64,000 nt of DNA from Nitrososphaeria archaeon (GCA_963752255.1 CAVVXT010000010.1:32001-96000); one strand, 5' to 3'; shown: positions 17,674 through 28,325, counted from the stretch's first letter. The notes: generated by a model not told the origin, from the sequence alone. Numbers and translations: made by a program.

Positions 17674-18726
17674 CTAGAGGTTTTCCGCCTCAAACCTTTT
17701 CGTCAGAGATGCCATCTTTACAGGTAGGAGCTCTCTGATTGGAAGATGGTATGGGCATCTTGATTCGCATTCGCCACATTTAAGACAGGTAGGAACTAGC
17801 TCTTTGGCCTTTTGAAACTGACTTTTAAGGTTAGGTGTCCAGCCCATCCGTCTTAGAAATTGTTTTTCAGTGCGCAATACATAGGAAATAGGTATCCCTT
17901 GCTGACAGGGTTGGCAGTAGTCGCAGCCGCGGCAGTATTCGGGTCCGAGTTCTTTCCTGTCTTTTTCTATGAGTTTCAGCTCTTCGGAGTTTAATGTATA
18001 AGAAGCTGATGCAGTAGCGATGTTCTCTTCTACTTCCTGTAAGTTCATCATTCCTGGAATTACTACATCAACATTCTTATCGTTTAGTAGGAATTTAAGT
18101 GCCGTCTTTGTATTGCTGAAGGCTCCTCCGCCAAATGGCTTCATTATTACCGTGCCCACCTGGTTTTTACTACAAAAAGGTAGCAAGTCCTCTCCTGGCA
18201 GAGTTGCGAGGTAGTTATAAGGTACTAAGATAGTTTCAAAGATGTTTTCTTGTACGATCTCTTTCAGAAGCAACGGATTATGGCTTGTGATTCCCAGGTG
18301 CTTTATTTTCCCATCTTCATGTGCCTTAATTAAGGCTTCCAGTACTCCACCCGGGGCTTTAACCTGCTTCCAAGCCTCTTTTGTTGACACATTATGCAGT
18401 TGATAGATATCTACCCATTCTGTTCTAAGATTTTTTAGGCTTGTCTCAAGTTCTTGTAGAACCTCACCTTTGGTTAGTCTCTGTGTTTTTGTTGCTATGA
18501 TTACATCGTCTCTCACATCTTCAAGAGCTTTTCCTATCCTCTCTTCACTGACCGTGTACGCTCTTGCCGTATCAAAATAATTAATACCCCTATCATAGCA
18601 GTGGCGGACGACCTTAACAGCTTCATCTTCAGAGATTCTCTGGATTGGGATACCACCAAACCCCAAGGTCTTTACCTTTAGACCTGTTCGACCCAGAATT
18701 CTTTCTTTCAAAGTATTTATCCTCAA
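17674..18726 (-). CDS. Aldo/keto reductase with C-terminal 4Fe-4S dicluster domain
   Basis: GINYFDTARAY, IATKT, DIYQLH and MKPFGGG motifs; CRGCDYCQPC and CLKCGECESRCP. Confidence 0.93.
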   Translation of the reverse strand: MRINTLKERILGRTGLKVKTLGFGGIPIQRISEDEAVKVVRHCYDRGINYFDTARAYTVSEERIGKALEDVRDDVIIATKTQRLTKGEVLQELETSLKNLRTEWVDIYQLHNVSTKEAWKQVKAPGGVLEALIKAHEDGKIKHLGITSHNPLLLKEIVQENIFETILVPYNYLATLPGEDLLPFCSKNQVGTVIMKPFGGGAFSNTKTALKFLLNDKNVDVVIPGMMNLQEVEENIATASASYTLNSEELKLIEKDRKELGPEYCRGCDYCQPCQQGIPISYVLRTEKQFLRRMGWTPNLKSQFQKAKELVPTCLKCGECESRCPYHLPIRELLPVKMASLTKRFEAENL

Positions 18727-19104
18727 CTCTTGCGTTACATTGAATATATAACTTTTCTAAACCACGAGAATACGCCAATCCTTTTTACGCTTATACCTTT
18801 ACCAAATTAATCTTTCTTAGTACGATAAGTCCTGTTAAGCAGGCTGTTCCCAGACCTTTGCAATTTTTTCTCAAGATATACTCGATCTTACTATTGTATC
18901 CAATTGTTCTACCAGTGATCTCGCTTTCAATCTCCATTCATCTTTAAAATACTATTACAGAAATGAAAAGCTAAAATAAACCGTATTTCCTGATTGTTAT
19001 CATCATTTCTAGATATCCCATTTTTAGAAACTTTCGCACAAATCATATATCCAAAAATACAAAGAATATATAATTAAAACGTAAGATTATGGAAAGTTTA
19101 ATAA

Positions 19105-20808
19105 TTGATTGAAGCCTGCCTTATAACTAGTGATATTTTGGGTCCTCAAGAGGGAATAATTAAAATCCTCAAACAGGAAGGAATTGAATTTTTGAGTGTC
19201 ATGCCCGTTGGCAACTTAACCCCCCAAGCTAGCAAAGAAAAACTCCGTATCATCATGATGAGAACTGAACGCTTCGCGGTCGGTCTTGCAGACGGCTACT
19301 CCAGAGCTTCAAACGGGAAGAAGATAGGTGTATTTAACATTCAAGGGGGAGCCTTCCCTGTAGGAGCTGAGATAGCTCAAGGGGCTATAGCCCAAGCCTT
19401 TGAAGACAGCTCACCAATCCTAGGTATAATGGCTGGTCCGACGCTCAGTCAACTCGGGCAGAACCGCTTTGATATAACAAGACAATATTCAGGGATTACA
19501 AAATGGACAGCTTACATCCCTGAAAGTTATCGAATTCCAGAGTTTATGAGGAGAGCATTCACCTACCTCAGAACTGGGAGGCGAGGACCTGTCGTCCTGC
19601 ACTGTTCAAGTGTGAACAGGGGACCTGAAGAACTGAACTGGGGTGACTATGATAACACGAAGTACCCCTACGAACCGGTTAAGGGGTGGCGGTATCCTGG
19701 AGACCCTCGAGATGTAGAGGTGACGGTTAAGGCCCTTCTGGCAGCGAAGAAACCTGTGATATACGCAGGTCAGGGAATCTTCTATGCTGACGCCTGCCAA
19801 GAGCTTGTCGAATTCGCTGAGCTCGTTCAAGTACCAGTAGTGACAACGCTACTGGCTAAGAGCGCCTTCCCAGAGGATCATCCTCTTTCAGTAGGAGTTT
19901 CAGGGCTTCCAGCGGAACATTATATTGGTGGCGCCGACTTGGTCTTTGGCATAGGGGAGAGTCTTTCTCCAGGAGATTTCAAGCACTACTTTGACGGCTC
20001 AGGTAAAACTATAATTCAAGCTGATATTGATGAAAGAGACATTAACATCCGCTATAAGATCGATCACGCCATCGTCGGCGACGCAAAACTCATTCTACAA
20101 CAGCTAATATCAGAAGTCAAAAGACAAGGAAGACAAGGAATCCGAAAGAATGAAAAACTGCAAGATGAGATAAGAGACCTCAAAGCCAAGAAGATGGAAA
20201 AATACAAGCAGGCGATCGAATCAAACGAAAAGCCGATCAATCCATACAGGGTCTACTGGGATTTAATGAACACCATAGATAGGAGGAATTCAGTTATCTC
20301 CCACGAGGCTGGGAGCACTAGAGATCAGCTGAGAACCATCTATGAAGCCATTATTCCAAGAGGCTTCATTGGCTGGGGAAACGCTAGCAGCCTCGGCTTC
20401 GGATTAAGTGCCGCAGCAGGAGCAAAACTCGCTTATCCAAAGAGGGATTGTATCCATGTGACAGGGGACGGAGGTATCATGTATCAGATAGGCAACTTCG
20501 AAGCTCTCGTCAGAGAAAATATAGCAATAACCACAATTCACATCAATAACAGCGGCTTTGCAGGATATGGATCTGGCTTCTGGGGTTCAGGACATAATCC
20601 GGAGACTAGCGCTGTTACATCCTCTACTATACTGAGTACAAGTCGGATAGCTGAGGGATTTGGCGAACATGCTGAGCGGGTTGAAGAACCCGACGAGATA
20701 GCACCTGCCATCAAAAGGGCAATTAAAGTCAATCGTTCAGGAAAGCCTGCGTTGCTTGAGTTCATCTGCTCCCAATACCCAGTCTACGACGATTGGATGC
20801 ACAAATAA
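19105..20808 (+). CDS. Thiamine pyrophosphate-requiring enzyme (acetolactate synthase-like)
   Basis: RTERFAVGLADGYSR, GRRGPV, KPVIYAGQG and the TPP-binding GDGG...NN motif. Confidence 0.9.
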   Translation: MIEACLITSDILGPQEGIIKILKQEGIEFLSVMPVGNLTPQASKEKLRIIMMRTERFAVGLADGYSRASNGKKIGVFNIQGGAFPVGAEIAQGAIAQAFEDSSPILGIMAGPTLSQLGQNRFDITRQYSGITKWTAYIPESYRIPEFMRRAFTYLRTGRRGPVVLHCSSVNRGPEELNWGDYDNTKYPYEPVKGWRYPGDPRDVEVTVKALLAAKKPVIYAGQGIFYADACQELVEFAELVQVPVVTTLLAKSAFPEDHPLSVGVSGLPAEHYIGGADLVFGIGESLSPGDFKHYFDGSGKTIIQADIDERDINIRYKIDHAIVGDAKLILQQLISEVKRQGRQGIRKNEKLQDEIRDLKAKKMEKYKQAIESNEKPINPYRVYWDLMNTIDRRNSVISHEAGSTRDQLRTIYEAIIPRGFIGWGNASSLGFGLSAAAGAKLAYPKRDCIHVTGDGGIMYQIGNFEALVRENIAITTIHINNSGFAGYGSGFWGSGHNPETSAVTSSTILSTSRIAEGFGEHAERVEEPDEIAPAIKRAIKVNRSGKPALLEFICSQYPVYDDWMHK

Positions 20809-21176
20809 AGAATTAACCTTTCTTCTTTCTCTTATTTTCCTCTTTCCATTGATCTTCCAATGAGAAATTATAGATAAGGAGGATGTCTTGCTGAACTCAG
20901 TAACTCTATCTTTGGAGCAGGATGCAGGGGTAGCGCAACACATAATACTATGTCTTGGTCCTCCAAACCGGTTTAAATCCCATTGGTTCCACTTAAGAAA
21001 GGTACAAGTTGGCTTAAACACATATAGTACCTAGCTCTATCTATCATATTATTTAGAGAAAAAAATAGATGCCTGCTAAACTTAGAAGAACCCGGTGTTT
21101 GCCTTTACACTAAATTGTCTTCTCTCTTCTAGTCTCTTAAAGGAAATAAAAATGTTAATCTAACAGTTAAAACCCA

Positions 21177-22256
21177 ATGTCGGTATTGACTATGCAGGAA
21201 GCAAGACTTTACGAAAAGATCAATAACATAAAGATCAAGTGTACAGCCTGTCCGAGGTACTGCAGGTTATCGGAAGGGCAAATAGGATTCTGTGGCGTCA
21301 GAAAAAACGTTGGAGGAAAACTCTTCCTCCTAGTATACGCTAGACCCATTTCACTTAACATGGATCCCATAGAAAAGAAGCCCTTTTCACATTACATGCC
21401 GGGATCGAAGGTCTTAAGCCTTGGGACAGTTGGCTGCGATTGGGCCTGCCAGTACTGCCAAAACTCCGATATAAGCCAGAGGAGGTCCATCGAAGGGTTA
21501 GAAGCTACGCCGGAAAAGCTTATTGAGTTAGCCCTAAGATATGGTTCAGACGGCATCGCCTACACCTACAATGAACCCACGATATTTGTGGAATACGCTC
21601 ACGATACAGGCGTTTTGGCTAGAAAAAAGGGGCTTTTCAACGTCTTCGTAAGCAACGGGTACGCTACCCCAGAAAGCGTCAAGATGATGCTCAATTTCCT
21701 GGACGCGATTACAGTTGACTTCAAAGGAAATGGTGAAAAGCGTTTTTTGCAGAAGTACGCTATGGTAGTCGATCCAGAGCCGATATATCAGACTCTGATC
21801 GATCTAAAAAAAGGCGGGGTTCATATAGAGATCACAGATCTTGTTGTCCCAAAGATAGGAGACGACCTTGGAGAAGCGAGGAAATTGAGCAAATGGATCT
21901 TAGAAAACCTAGGCGAAAATGTTCCAATTCACTTTTTGAGATTCCATCCCGACTACAATATGCAAAACCTTCCCCCTACACCCGATAATACCTTAGTAAA
22001 GCACTATTCCATCGCTAAGGAAGTCGGGTTGAAGTATGTTTATCTAGGAAATGCCCCCGGGCATTCCTATGAAAATACGTATTGTCCTTCATGCGGAAAG
22101 ATGGTTATTGAAAGATATGGATTCGATATTATAAATTGGCATCTCGATGGAGATAACAAATGCCAATACTGTTCGCATCCGGTGGCTATCGTGGGAAGAC
22201 TTAAACAATATAGGTCTCAAGAAAGATTTTTTCCAATAAATTTAAACAAGCCATAG
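21177..22256 (+). CDS. amrS: AmmeMemoRadiSam system radical SAM enzyme
   Basis: CTACPRYC...GFCGVR, DPIEKKP, CDWACQYCQN, AYTYNEP, RFHPDY and TYCPSCG. Confidence 0.9.
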   Translation: MSVLTMQEARLYEKINNIKIKCTACPRYCRLSEGQIGFCGVRKNVGGKLFLLVYARPISLNMDPIEKKPFSHYMPGSKVLSLGTVGCDWACQYCQNSDISQRRSIEGLEATPEKLIELALRYGSDGIAYTYNEPTIFVEYAHDTGVLARKKGLFNVFVSNGYATPESVKMMLNFLDAITVDFKGNGEKRFLQKYAMVVDPEPIYQTLIDLKKGGVHIEITDLVVPKIGDDLGEARKLSKWILENLGENVPIHFLRFHPDYNMQNLPPTPDNTLVKHYSIAKEVGLKYVYLGNAPGHSYENTYCPSCGKMVIERYGFDIINWHLDGDNKCQYCSHPVAIVGRLKQYRSQERFFPINLNKP

Positions 22257-22320
22257 TGAATTCCACTGGAGAATAAAAAGAAACTTCACACAACTTTCAA
22301 TTTCTGAAAACCTTTAATAA

Positions 22321-23160
22321 ATGCAATGTTCCGGAATCTTCGGAAAGCGGATGACGGTTGAGCAGGTAGCTACAGAGAAAGGTTTAGGTTTTTGGAAGTA
22401 CGCTCTCGGACTGGTGGTGATACTTTTTTTTGTGTATTCCCAATACTTATTCAATATTACTGGACTCCTCTACGGCGTTATTCTCGTCTACCTTCTGCCT
22501 TCAATAGTCGTGTTACTAATTACTGGGAGGAGAATACTCGTTAAGGCAGGTGCTAACTTCAAAAAGGCAATCAAATACGGTTTCGGATATTTCGGTATCT
22601 TCAGCGCAGCTGGAATCGGCTTGGCTATCCTTCTTTTAGCACTGCTCTTCGCCTTCGATCCTCAAGTCGGGGAGATATTGAACCGACCGAACCCCCTGCT
22701 TGAAGTCTCACCCAATGTAGCGTGGTTGATGATACTTTTTTCCTTTGTTATCGTAGGGCCGTTTGAAGAATTTCTTTTTAGAGGCTTTGTCTTCGGCGAG
22801 CTATCGGAAATCTTGAAAAACAGGCACTGGATCATTTCAGCTCTTATTGCATCAATAATCTTTGCAATGCTCCATCTCTACTATTTGATAATATATGGGA
22901 TAGCTTCTATAATACAGTTATCTCAGATCGTAATGTTTGGTCTTGGAATGAGTGGAGCCTATTATAAGTCTAAGGGAAACTTGGTCGTACTAGCCTTGAT
23001 CCACGGTGCTTTTGACGCAACAAGCTACCTGATCCTCGCGATCCCCAACAACATATTCATAGGGATAGGGCTTAAGTTTGCGCTGATACTTGTCAGCGTG
23101 TTTGTGGGCATTTTTACTGTTTTGGGAAAGAAGCCGTCTGATAGCTCGATAGCGCCTTAG
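22321..23160 (+). CDS. CPBP (CAAX/Abi) family intramembrane metalloprotease
   Basis: EEFLFRG, FAMLH and HGAFD motifs; multiple TM helices; start may be ATG 22351. Confidence 0.9.
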   Translation: MQCSGIFGKRMTVEQVATEKGLGFWKYALGLVVILFFVYSQYLFNITGLLYGVILVYLLPSIVVLLITGRRILVKAGANFKKAIKYGFGYFGIFSAAGIGLAILLLALLFAFDPQVGEILNRPNPLLEVSPNVAWLMILFSFVIVGPFEEFLFRGFVFGELSEILKNRHWIISALIASIIFAMLHLYYLIIYGIASIIQLSQIVMFGLGMSGAYYKSKGNLVVLALIHGAFDATSYLILAIPNNIFIGIGLKFALILVSVFVGIFTVLGKKPSDSSIAP

Positions 23161-23168
23161 TCTTTTTT

Positions 23169-25136
23169 TTAGTTCATTATTTTACCTGTATCCCCTGTTG
23201 CACTATAACCTTTGAACATCTGCGGAAGCAGTGTCTGAAACTCCTTTGACCTCAAACATTTGATGAAATCTTCTATTCCAGGTTTTTTGAGGCGCTCCCT
23301 TAGTACTACGAAGTCGTACTCCTCTTCAGTAAGGAAGGTGAACCCGAGACCATATTTTTCAGCGTAGAACCTCAGCCCTACTCCAGCATCAGCCCTTCCT
23401 TGGACAACAGCTAAGGCGACCGCCGAATGCGTTTTAGCTTCATAGTTATATCCGTTTATCTTCTTCACCATCCTGTTAAAGTCTTCCCCCCTTTTTGAGG
23501 CTATCTTCTTAAGCGCATAGTCGAAGAATGTTCTTGTGCCTGAGCCCTTGTTTCTGTTGATAATAATAACCTTAGATTTTAACATGTCTTCGATAGAAGA
23601 GAACCTTTTTTGATTTTCCTTTAAGGTCAGGATACCCTGTTCACGTTTGTATCCCTTTACTAGTACAGCAATATCTTTTAGATCGAACTTGTTTAGGAAA
23701 GGAATGTTGTATTGAAGCCTATCTTCATCAAGCAGGTGTGTACCGGCGATGTCCGCCTCTTTCCTCTTTATCGCATTCCACCCTGAAAGGGAACCTAAGT
23801 TTATGATCTTAGCCGTGCGTTTTGTTGGGAATAGGCTTAGAATTAGTTCGACAGCGGGGCAATGGCTTCCTATAATGTTTAGGTCAGGTATCCTTAGCTG
23901 ATCAGAAAAGAGGCTAACGCAGACATCTTCGTTCTCTTCAATAAATTCGATATTCTCAGGAATATCGATAAAGCCGTCACTATAGTTCAGAGTGGATACA
24001 GAGCCCGAGCTTCCAGGCGTCGGATACGCGATGTATACGCCACCATTATCTATGACACTCACTGGAATAAGGGATCTTTTGCCCTTCGCATTAAATATCC
24101 TGAACGGCACCTTTGCGGCTAATGTCCTCCCAGATACGTTTTCGTAACCGCCCATCTTTTTAAGAACAGGCACCACCATAGCTGTAAAGACCATCATAGC
24201 TGACACAGGGAAACCTGGAAGGCCAAAAAGCAGCTCCCCCCTCGCGACTGCGACGATTGTTGGTTTACCCGGTTTTATCTTCAAGCCATGGACCAGGACG
24301 CCTGGCCTCCCAATCGAATCAAACACCCTGTACATGATGTCACCAAGCCCCGCAGAAGTGCTTCCTGAAGTTAACACCATATCATTTTTATTTAAAGCAT
24401 CACTTACTGCCTTCAACATCGTGTCGTAGGTGTCTGGCAGAATCCCTAAGAAATATGGCTCTCCACCACATTCACTTATCATCGAACATATTGCCGGGCC
24501 ATTTGCGTCGTAGATCTTACCTGGAATAAGGCTTTTTCCTTGCTCCATAACTTCGTTGCCCGATGAGAAGAGCCCGATCTTTGGCCTTCTGTATACAATA
24601 ACTTTTTCGAATCCTAGAGCTGAAAGCGAAGCTATTTCTCTTGATGTAAGCGTAACCCCATTTCTGAGGAACAGGTCGCCGAGTACATAGTCTGAACCTG
24701 CCTGAGCGATGTTTTCGCCATGAACTATTGATCTGTATATGTAAACGTTTGAACCTACTTCCTTTGTGTACTCCACCATGACAACAGAATCCGCTCCCTT
24801 AGGCAAAGGTGCTCCTGTCGAGATACTCATACATTCGTTATTGTGAATTTCCTTGGTGGGCATCTTTCCTACTTCTGAGAAACCTGTGATCTTCAATTCT
24901 GCAGGACTGCCTTCTTCAGCATCTGAGACGTCGTCAGCGGAAACAGCGAAGCCATCCACTTCTGACCTATCGAAAGGTGGAGAATCGATTGGAGCGAAGA
25001 CGTCCTCGGCCAAGACGCGTCCAAGAGAATTTATCAGATCAACCTTCTCTTTTCCCTTAGGTTCGAGATCAACAGCTTGCCCTATGATTTTTTGAGCTTC
25101 TTCGATAGATAAAAGGTTATGGAAGATCTTAGCCAA
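23169..25136 (-). CDS. moeA: Molybdopterin molybdo/tungstotransferase MoeA fused to a PBP domain
   Basis: PPFDRSEVDGFAV, TGAPLPKGADSVVMVE, KPGKP and GLPGFPVS; C-terminal GSHC, ADIAGTHL and INRNKGSGTR. Confidence 0.93.
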   Translation of the reverse strand: MAKIFHNLLSIEEAQKIIGQAVDLEPKGKEKVDLINSLGRVLAEDVFAPIDSPPFDRSEVDGFAVSADDVSDAEEGSPAELKITGFSEVGKMPTKEIHNNECMSISTGAPLPKGADSVVMVEYTKEVGSNVYIYRSIVHGENIAQAGSDYVLGDLFLRNGVTLTSREIASLSALGFEKVIVYRRPKIGLFSSGNEVMEQGKSLIPGKIYDANGPAICSMISECGGEPYFLGILPDTYDTMLKAVSDALNKNDMVLTSGSTSAGLGDIMYRVFDSIGRPGVLVHGLKIKPGKPTIVAVARGELLFGLPGFPVSAMMVFTAMVVPVLKKMGGYENVSGRTLAAKVPFRIFNAKGKRSLIPVSVIDNGGVYIAYPTPGSSGSVSTLNYSDGFIDIPENIEFIEENEDVCVSLFSDQLRIPDLNIIGSHCPAVELILSLFPTKRTAKIINLGSLSGWNAIKRKEADIAGTHLLDEDRLQYNIPFLNKFDLKDIAVLVKGYKREQGILTLKENQKRFSSIEDMLKSKVIIINRNKGSGTRTFFDYALKKIASKRGEDFNRMVKKINGYNYEAKTHSAVALAVVQGRADAGVGLRFYAEKYGLGFTFLTEEEYDFVVLRERLKKPGIEDFIKCLRSKEFQTLLPQMFKGYSATGDTGKIMN

Positions 25137-25138
25137 AA

Positions 25139-26422
25139 TTATCCCTCCAAAGGCTGGAAAAGGAGTACATCGACGGATTCACCTTCATCATAGCCTTCCA
25201 ATCCTTCTTCCATAATAAGTAACCCGTTTCCTCTAGTTAGCGAAGAAAGAAGGCCGGAGCCTGTAAGCCTCATAGGTTCAACGGAAAATCCACCTTTATC
25301 ATATTTCTCAACTTTAACCCTTACGAAAGCTTTGACGCCCACTGGTTTTACCAGCCGCCTGGTCAGGCAAGCTTTGATGACAGGATAGCTGAGAGGTTTA
25401 GAACCTCTTAGAAAGTTAATAGCAGGTTTTACAAAGACTTCAAAGCCGGTGAAAGCAGCTACGGGATAACCTGATAGCATGAACACCGGCTTTCCCTGAA
25501 CAAGAGCTAAACCTGTGGGACGACCGGGTCGCATCCTAACACCATAAAATAAAACTGATGAATCATCTATCTTTGTGACAGCTTCCTTAACCAAATCTGT
25601 GGCTCCAACACTTGTGCCCCCCGTTGTAGCAATAGCGTCAACGCCTGATGACGCTTCCGAAATCTTTGAACTGATGATTTCAACGTCATCCTCCACAACT
25701 CCGAGGTCGACTGGTTCACAAAATTCTTCACAGGACATTGATAGTATAAGGGGTTTTGTCGAATCAATCACGCTTTTGTTCTGATACGTGGAATATTTCA
25801 GTTCACTTCCCGTTGAGAGAACGCCGACCCTTAATCTTCTAAATACCTTTATCTTCCTACTTCCTGTTGACAAAAGCGCTGCAAGATGCCATGGTCTAAT
25901 AAGCACACCTTTTTCAACAACGACTGATCCCTTTACAAAGTCTTCACCTCTTCTAGACACATTCAGCCATTGGGGAACACTCCTGTACACAAGAACCGAG
26001 GAACCTTCTAACTTAGTGTCTTCAACCATGACGACAGCATTTGAATTGGAAGGAAGAGGTGAACCCGTATAGACTATGGCAGCTTCGTCATTACATAAAG
26101 GCCTAATTTTTTCTTTCGGAGCATCGATGCGTATTTCCTGTATTACTCTTAATACAGTTGGGTTGGTGGTTGAACTGCTTAATACATCCTCTGAGATAAC
26201 GGCGTATCCGTCCACTGCACTTTTATCGTACTTTGGAGAATCGAACTGTGAAAGCACCTGTTCCGCACAGAAATGATGAAGTGAATCTGAAACTGCAATT
26301 TCTGAAACACCTAGGTCAGGTTTCTTAAGAGATTTAAACATCAGATCCATAGATTCTTCAACGCCTCTAAGAACCTTAAAGGATCTAACCTTATCGTACA
26401 TTTTTCCTATCATATCTCCCAA
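25139..26422 (-). CDS. moeA: Molybdopterin molybdotransferase MoeA (second paralog)
   Basis: DKSAVDGYAV, STGSEL, TGGTSVG, RPGRP and LSGYPVAA. Confidence 0.93.
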   Translation of the reverse strand: MGDMIGKMYDKVRSFKVLRGVEESMDLMFKSLKKPDLGVSEIAVSDSLHHFCAEQVLSQFDSPKYDKSAVDGYAVISEDVLSSSTTNPTVLRVIQEIRIDAPKEKIRPLCNDEAAIVYTGSPLPSNSNAVVMVEDTKLEGSSVLVYRSVPQWLNVSRRGEDFVKGSVVVEKGVLIRPWHLAALLSTGSRKIKVFRRLRVGVLSTGSELKYSTYQNKSVIDSTKPLILSMSCEEFCEPVDLGVVEDDVEIISSKISEASSGVDAIATTGGTSVGATDLVKEAVTKIDDSSVLFYGVRMRPGRPTGLALVQGKPVFMLSGYPVAAFTGFEVFVKPAINFLRGSKPLSYPVIKACLTRRLVKPVGVKAFVRVKVEKYDKGGFSVEPMRLTGSGLLSSLTRGNGLLIMEEGLEGYDEGESVDVLLFQPLEG

Positions 26423-26476
26423 AGTTCTGACGTCATCCCATGTATCTTTCTTACGCTAGATTATAGAATTAATTTA

Positions 26477-27529
26477 CTACCTACCTTTTATTTTTTGAGC
26501 GGTTTCCGTAATTATTCCCAACGCCTTGTAGATGTCTTCTCTTTCTATTCCCCTATGAGTAACCATCCTAATGTCCTTGTCGCTAACCGACAGCGACAAA
26601 ACACCTTGAGCCTTTAAAGCGGAGGTGAATTTATTTGAAGATACACCCAAACTGCTTACATCAAATTTGACCATGTTAGTCTGCACAGCTTTCATGTTAA
26701 CCGATAAGCCTTCCATCTTTGCTAACCCTTCAGCCAACAATCGGGCGTTTCTATGGTCGTCTTCAAGTCTGCTAATCATCTTTTCTAACGCAATTATTCC
26801 GGGGGCGGCAACGATTCCAGCTTGGCGCATACCTCCACCGAGAACCTTCCTAACCTTCCTTGCCCTATCAATAAAGTCTTGGCTTCCAACAACAATTGAG
26901 CCGATAGGACAACTTAATCCTTTTGAAAGACAGAACATCATGTTATCGACGTACTTCGTAAAGTTCTTCACGTCGATTTTGAGCGCCACCGAAGCATTGA
27001 ATATTCGGGCGCCGTCCATGTAAAGTTTCAGATCGTGAGACCGTGTGACTTCACTTATAGATTTTATCTGTTCAGGTGTTGCAATTGTTCCACCTGCCCT
27101 GTTGTGAGTATTTTCGATTTCGACCAAGGTCGTTTCTGGAAAGTGAATATCTTTAGGTCTTATCGCTGCTTCAACGTCTTTTGGATCGAGAACCCCTAAA
27201 TTACCTTTGATCGTGTAGGGCACAATGCCACCGATTGCGCATAGACCTCCTACTTCATAGTAGAAAACATGTGCTTCAGCCTCCAATATTACCCCGTCAC
27301 CTCTTTTGGTGTTACTCATCATCGAGACCAGGTTGGCTTGAGTTCCACTTGTCACCAGTAAAGAGGCTTCCTTACCCATTTTCTCAGCAGCCATTTCCTC
27401 AAGTTTTTTTACAGTGGGATCTTCCCTAAAGACGTCGTCGCCGAGCTTAGCGTGCCTAATGGCTTCAAGCATTTCATCAGTCGGTAGGGTCACCGTATCA
27501 CTTCTTAGATCAATGATTTCTTCCACCAT
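26477..27529 (-). CDS. ltaE: Low-specificity L-threonine aldolase
   Basis: IDLRSDTVT, GDDVFREDPT, SGTQAN, ENTHN, DGARIFNA, CLSKGL and GGGMRQAG. Confidence 0.95.
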   Translation of the reverse strand: MVEEIIDLRSDTVTLPTDEMLEAIRHAKLGDDVFREDPTVKKLEEMAAEKMGKEASLLVTSGTQANLVSMMSNTKRGDGVILEAEAHVFYYEVGGLCAIGGIVPYTIKGNLGVLDPKDVEAAIRPKDIHFPETTLVEIENTHNRAGGTIATPEQIKSISEVTRSHDLKLYMDGARIFNASVALKIDVKNFTKYVDNMMFCLSKGLSCPIGSIVVGSQDFIDRARKVRKVLGGGMRQAGIVAAPGIIALEKMISRLEDDHRNARLLAEGLAKMEGLSVNMKAVQTNMVKFDVSSLGVSSNKFTSALKAQGVLSLSVSDKDIRMVTHRGIEREDIYKALGIITETAQKIKGR

Positions 27530-27597
27530 CTTAGCACCACCCATTAACTAAAAAAGACCTCACATAAATCATTATTGCTGAATTAAACTGTTATTGG

Positions 27598-28107
27598 TTA
27601 TACTTTGATAGGAAGCTCTTTGCAAGAGTCTATGATTATCTTACTCGCTGTAAGCATCCATAAAACCTCCTCTTTGGAAACAGGTAGATCTGCAATGGAT
27701 CTTAACCTAATAGAGTTCATATGCTCGACAGATTCATAAAAGGATAAACGGATACCTTTTGAAATTATCACAAAGGACATGTCCATTATGTTTAAATCTT
27801 GAGGGAATTGGATATTCAAATAGTTCAAAATCTTTGCTAGAACATCTTTTACAGACGAATAGCTGTGTGAAATAGAACTCTTGTAGTCCATAATTTCATA
27901 TTCACTCTTGGCCTGATTGTAGGACATCGTAGCTTCATTTATATCGATCGTAACAAAATATTTCATCCCTGAAGACATAGTGTGTGGGGCTGAGGGAGCA
28001 GGTTTCAACATCTTCTTAACGGCTCCATATGTTAAAGCTACAGCCAACATTACACCAAACGTTACGGTACTCCATTGAAAGATCACCACATAGTCTATCT
28101 GAAACAC
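27598..28107 (-). CDS. Membrane-anchored hypothetical protein, possible inactive HEPN-like helical domain
   Basis: N-terminal TM segment followed by a helical domain; no RxxxxH motif. Confidence 0.6.
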   Translation of the reverse strand: MFQIDYVVIFQWSTVTFGVMLAVALTYGAVKKMLKPAPSAPHTMSSGMKYFVTIDINEATMSYNQAKSEYEIMDYKSSISHSYSSVKDVLAKILNYLNIQFPQDLNIMDMSFVIISKGIRLSFYESVEHMNSIRLRSIADLPVSKEEVLWMLTASKIIIDSCKELPIKV

Positions 28108-28175
28108 TTATCAGTCAACGTACAACTTAATATGTTGCTAAAAAACTTTTATATCATACATCCGTAAAACATAAA

Positions 28176-28242
28176 TGGCGTTGATGAAGAATCAGAGTTA
28201 TTGAAAACATTAATGATCTTAAGGCATTTGTCCGAGACGCCA
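28176..28242 (+). ncRNA. Box C/D guide sRNA with two guides to 23S rRNA
   Basis: Terminal stem TGGCGT/ACGCCA; C box TGATGA 28182-28187; D' TTGA 28201-28204; C' ATGATC 28213-28218; D CCGA 28232-28235; guides complementary to conserved LSU rRNA motifs UAACUCUGA and CAAAUGCCUU; BRE/TATA at 28141-28154. Confidence 0.85.
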
Positions 28243-28325
28243 CCTTCAAAACTAACTATCGAAAAATGATCGCTTTTATTAGTTTATATAAAGCATGGAA
28301 GAAGACTTTAAACCAAACAATATTT

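Noticed and set aside
17396-17677. 93-aa ORF spanning the tRNA fragment
   Set aside because: Contains the GSNPTGPA translation typical of a tRNA T-arm read as protein; no protein-like features.
17941-17947. GGGTCCG as the 5' half of the tRNA fragment
   Set aside because: Lies inside the aldo/keto reductase CDS, downstream of the fragment, with no D-arm following.
18791-18937. 48-codon minus-strand ORF in the gap before the TPP enzyme
   Set aside because: No motif or clear promoter support; cannot be told apart from chance or a decayed gene.
22261-22272. TTCCACTGGAGA resembling an ORB (origin recognition box)
   Set aside because: Single copy, no G-string, very short intergenic space and no cdc6/orc1 nearby.
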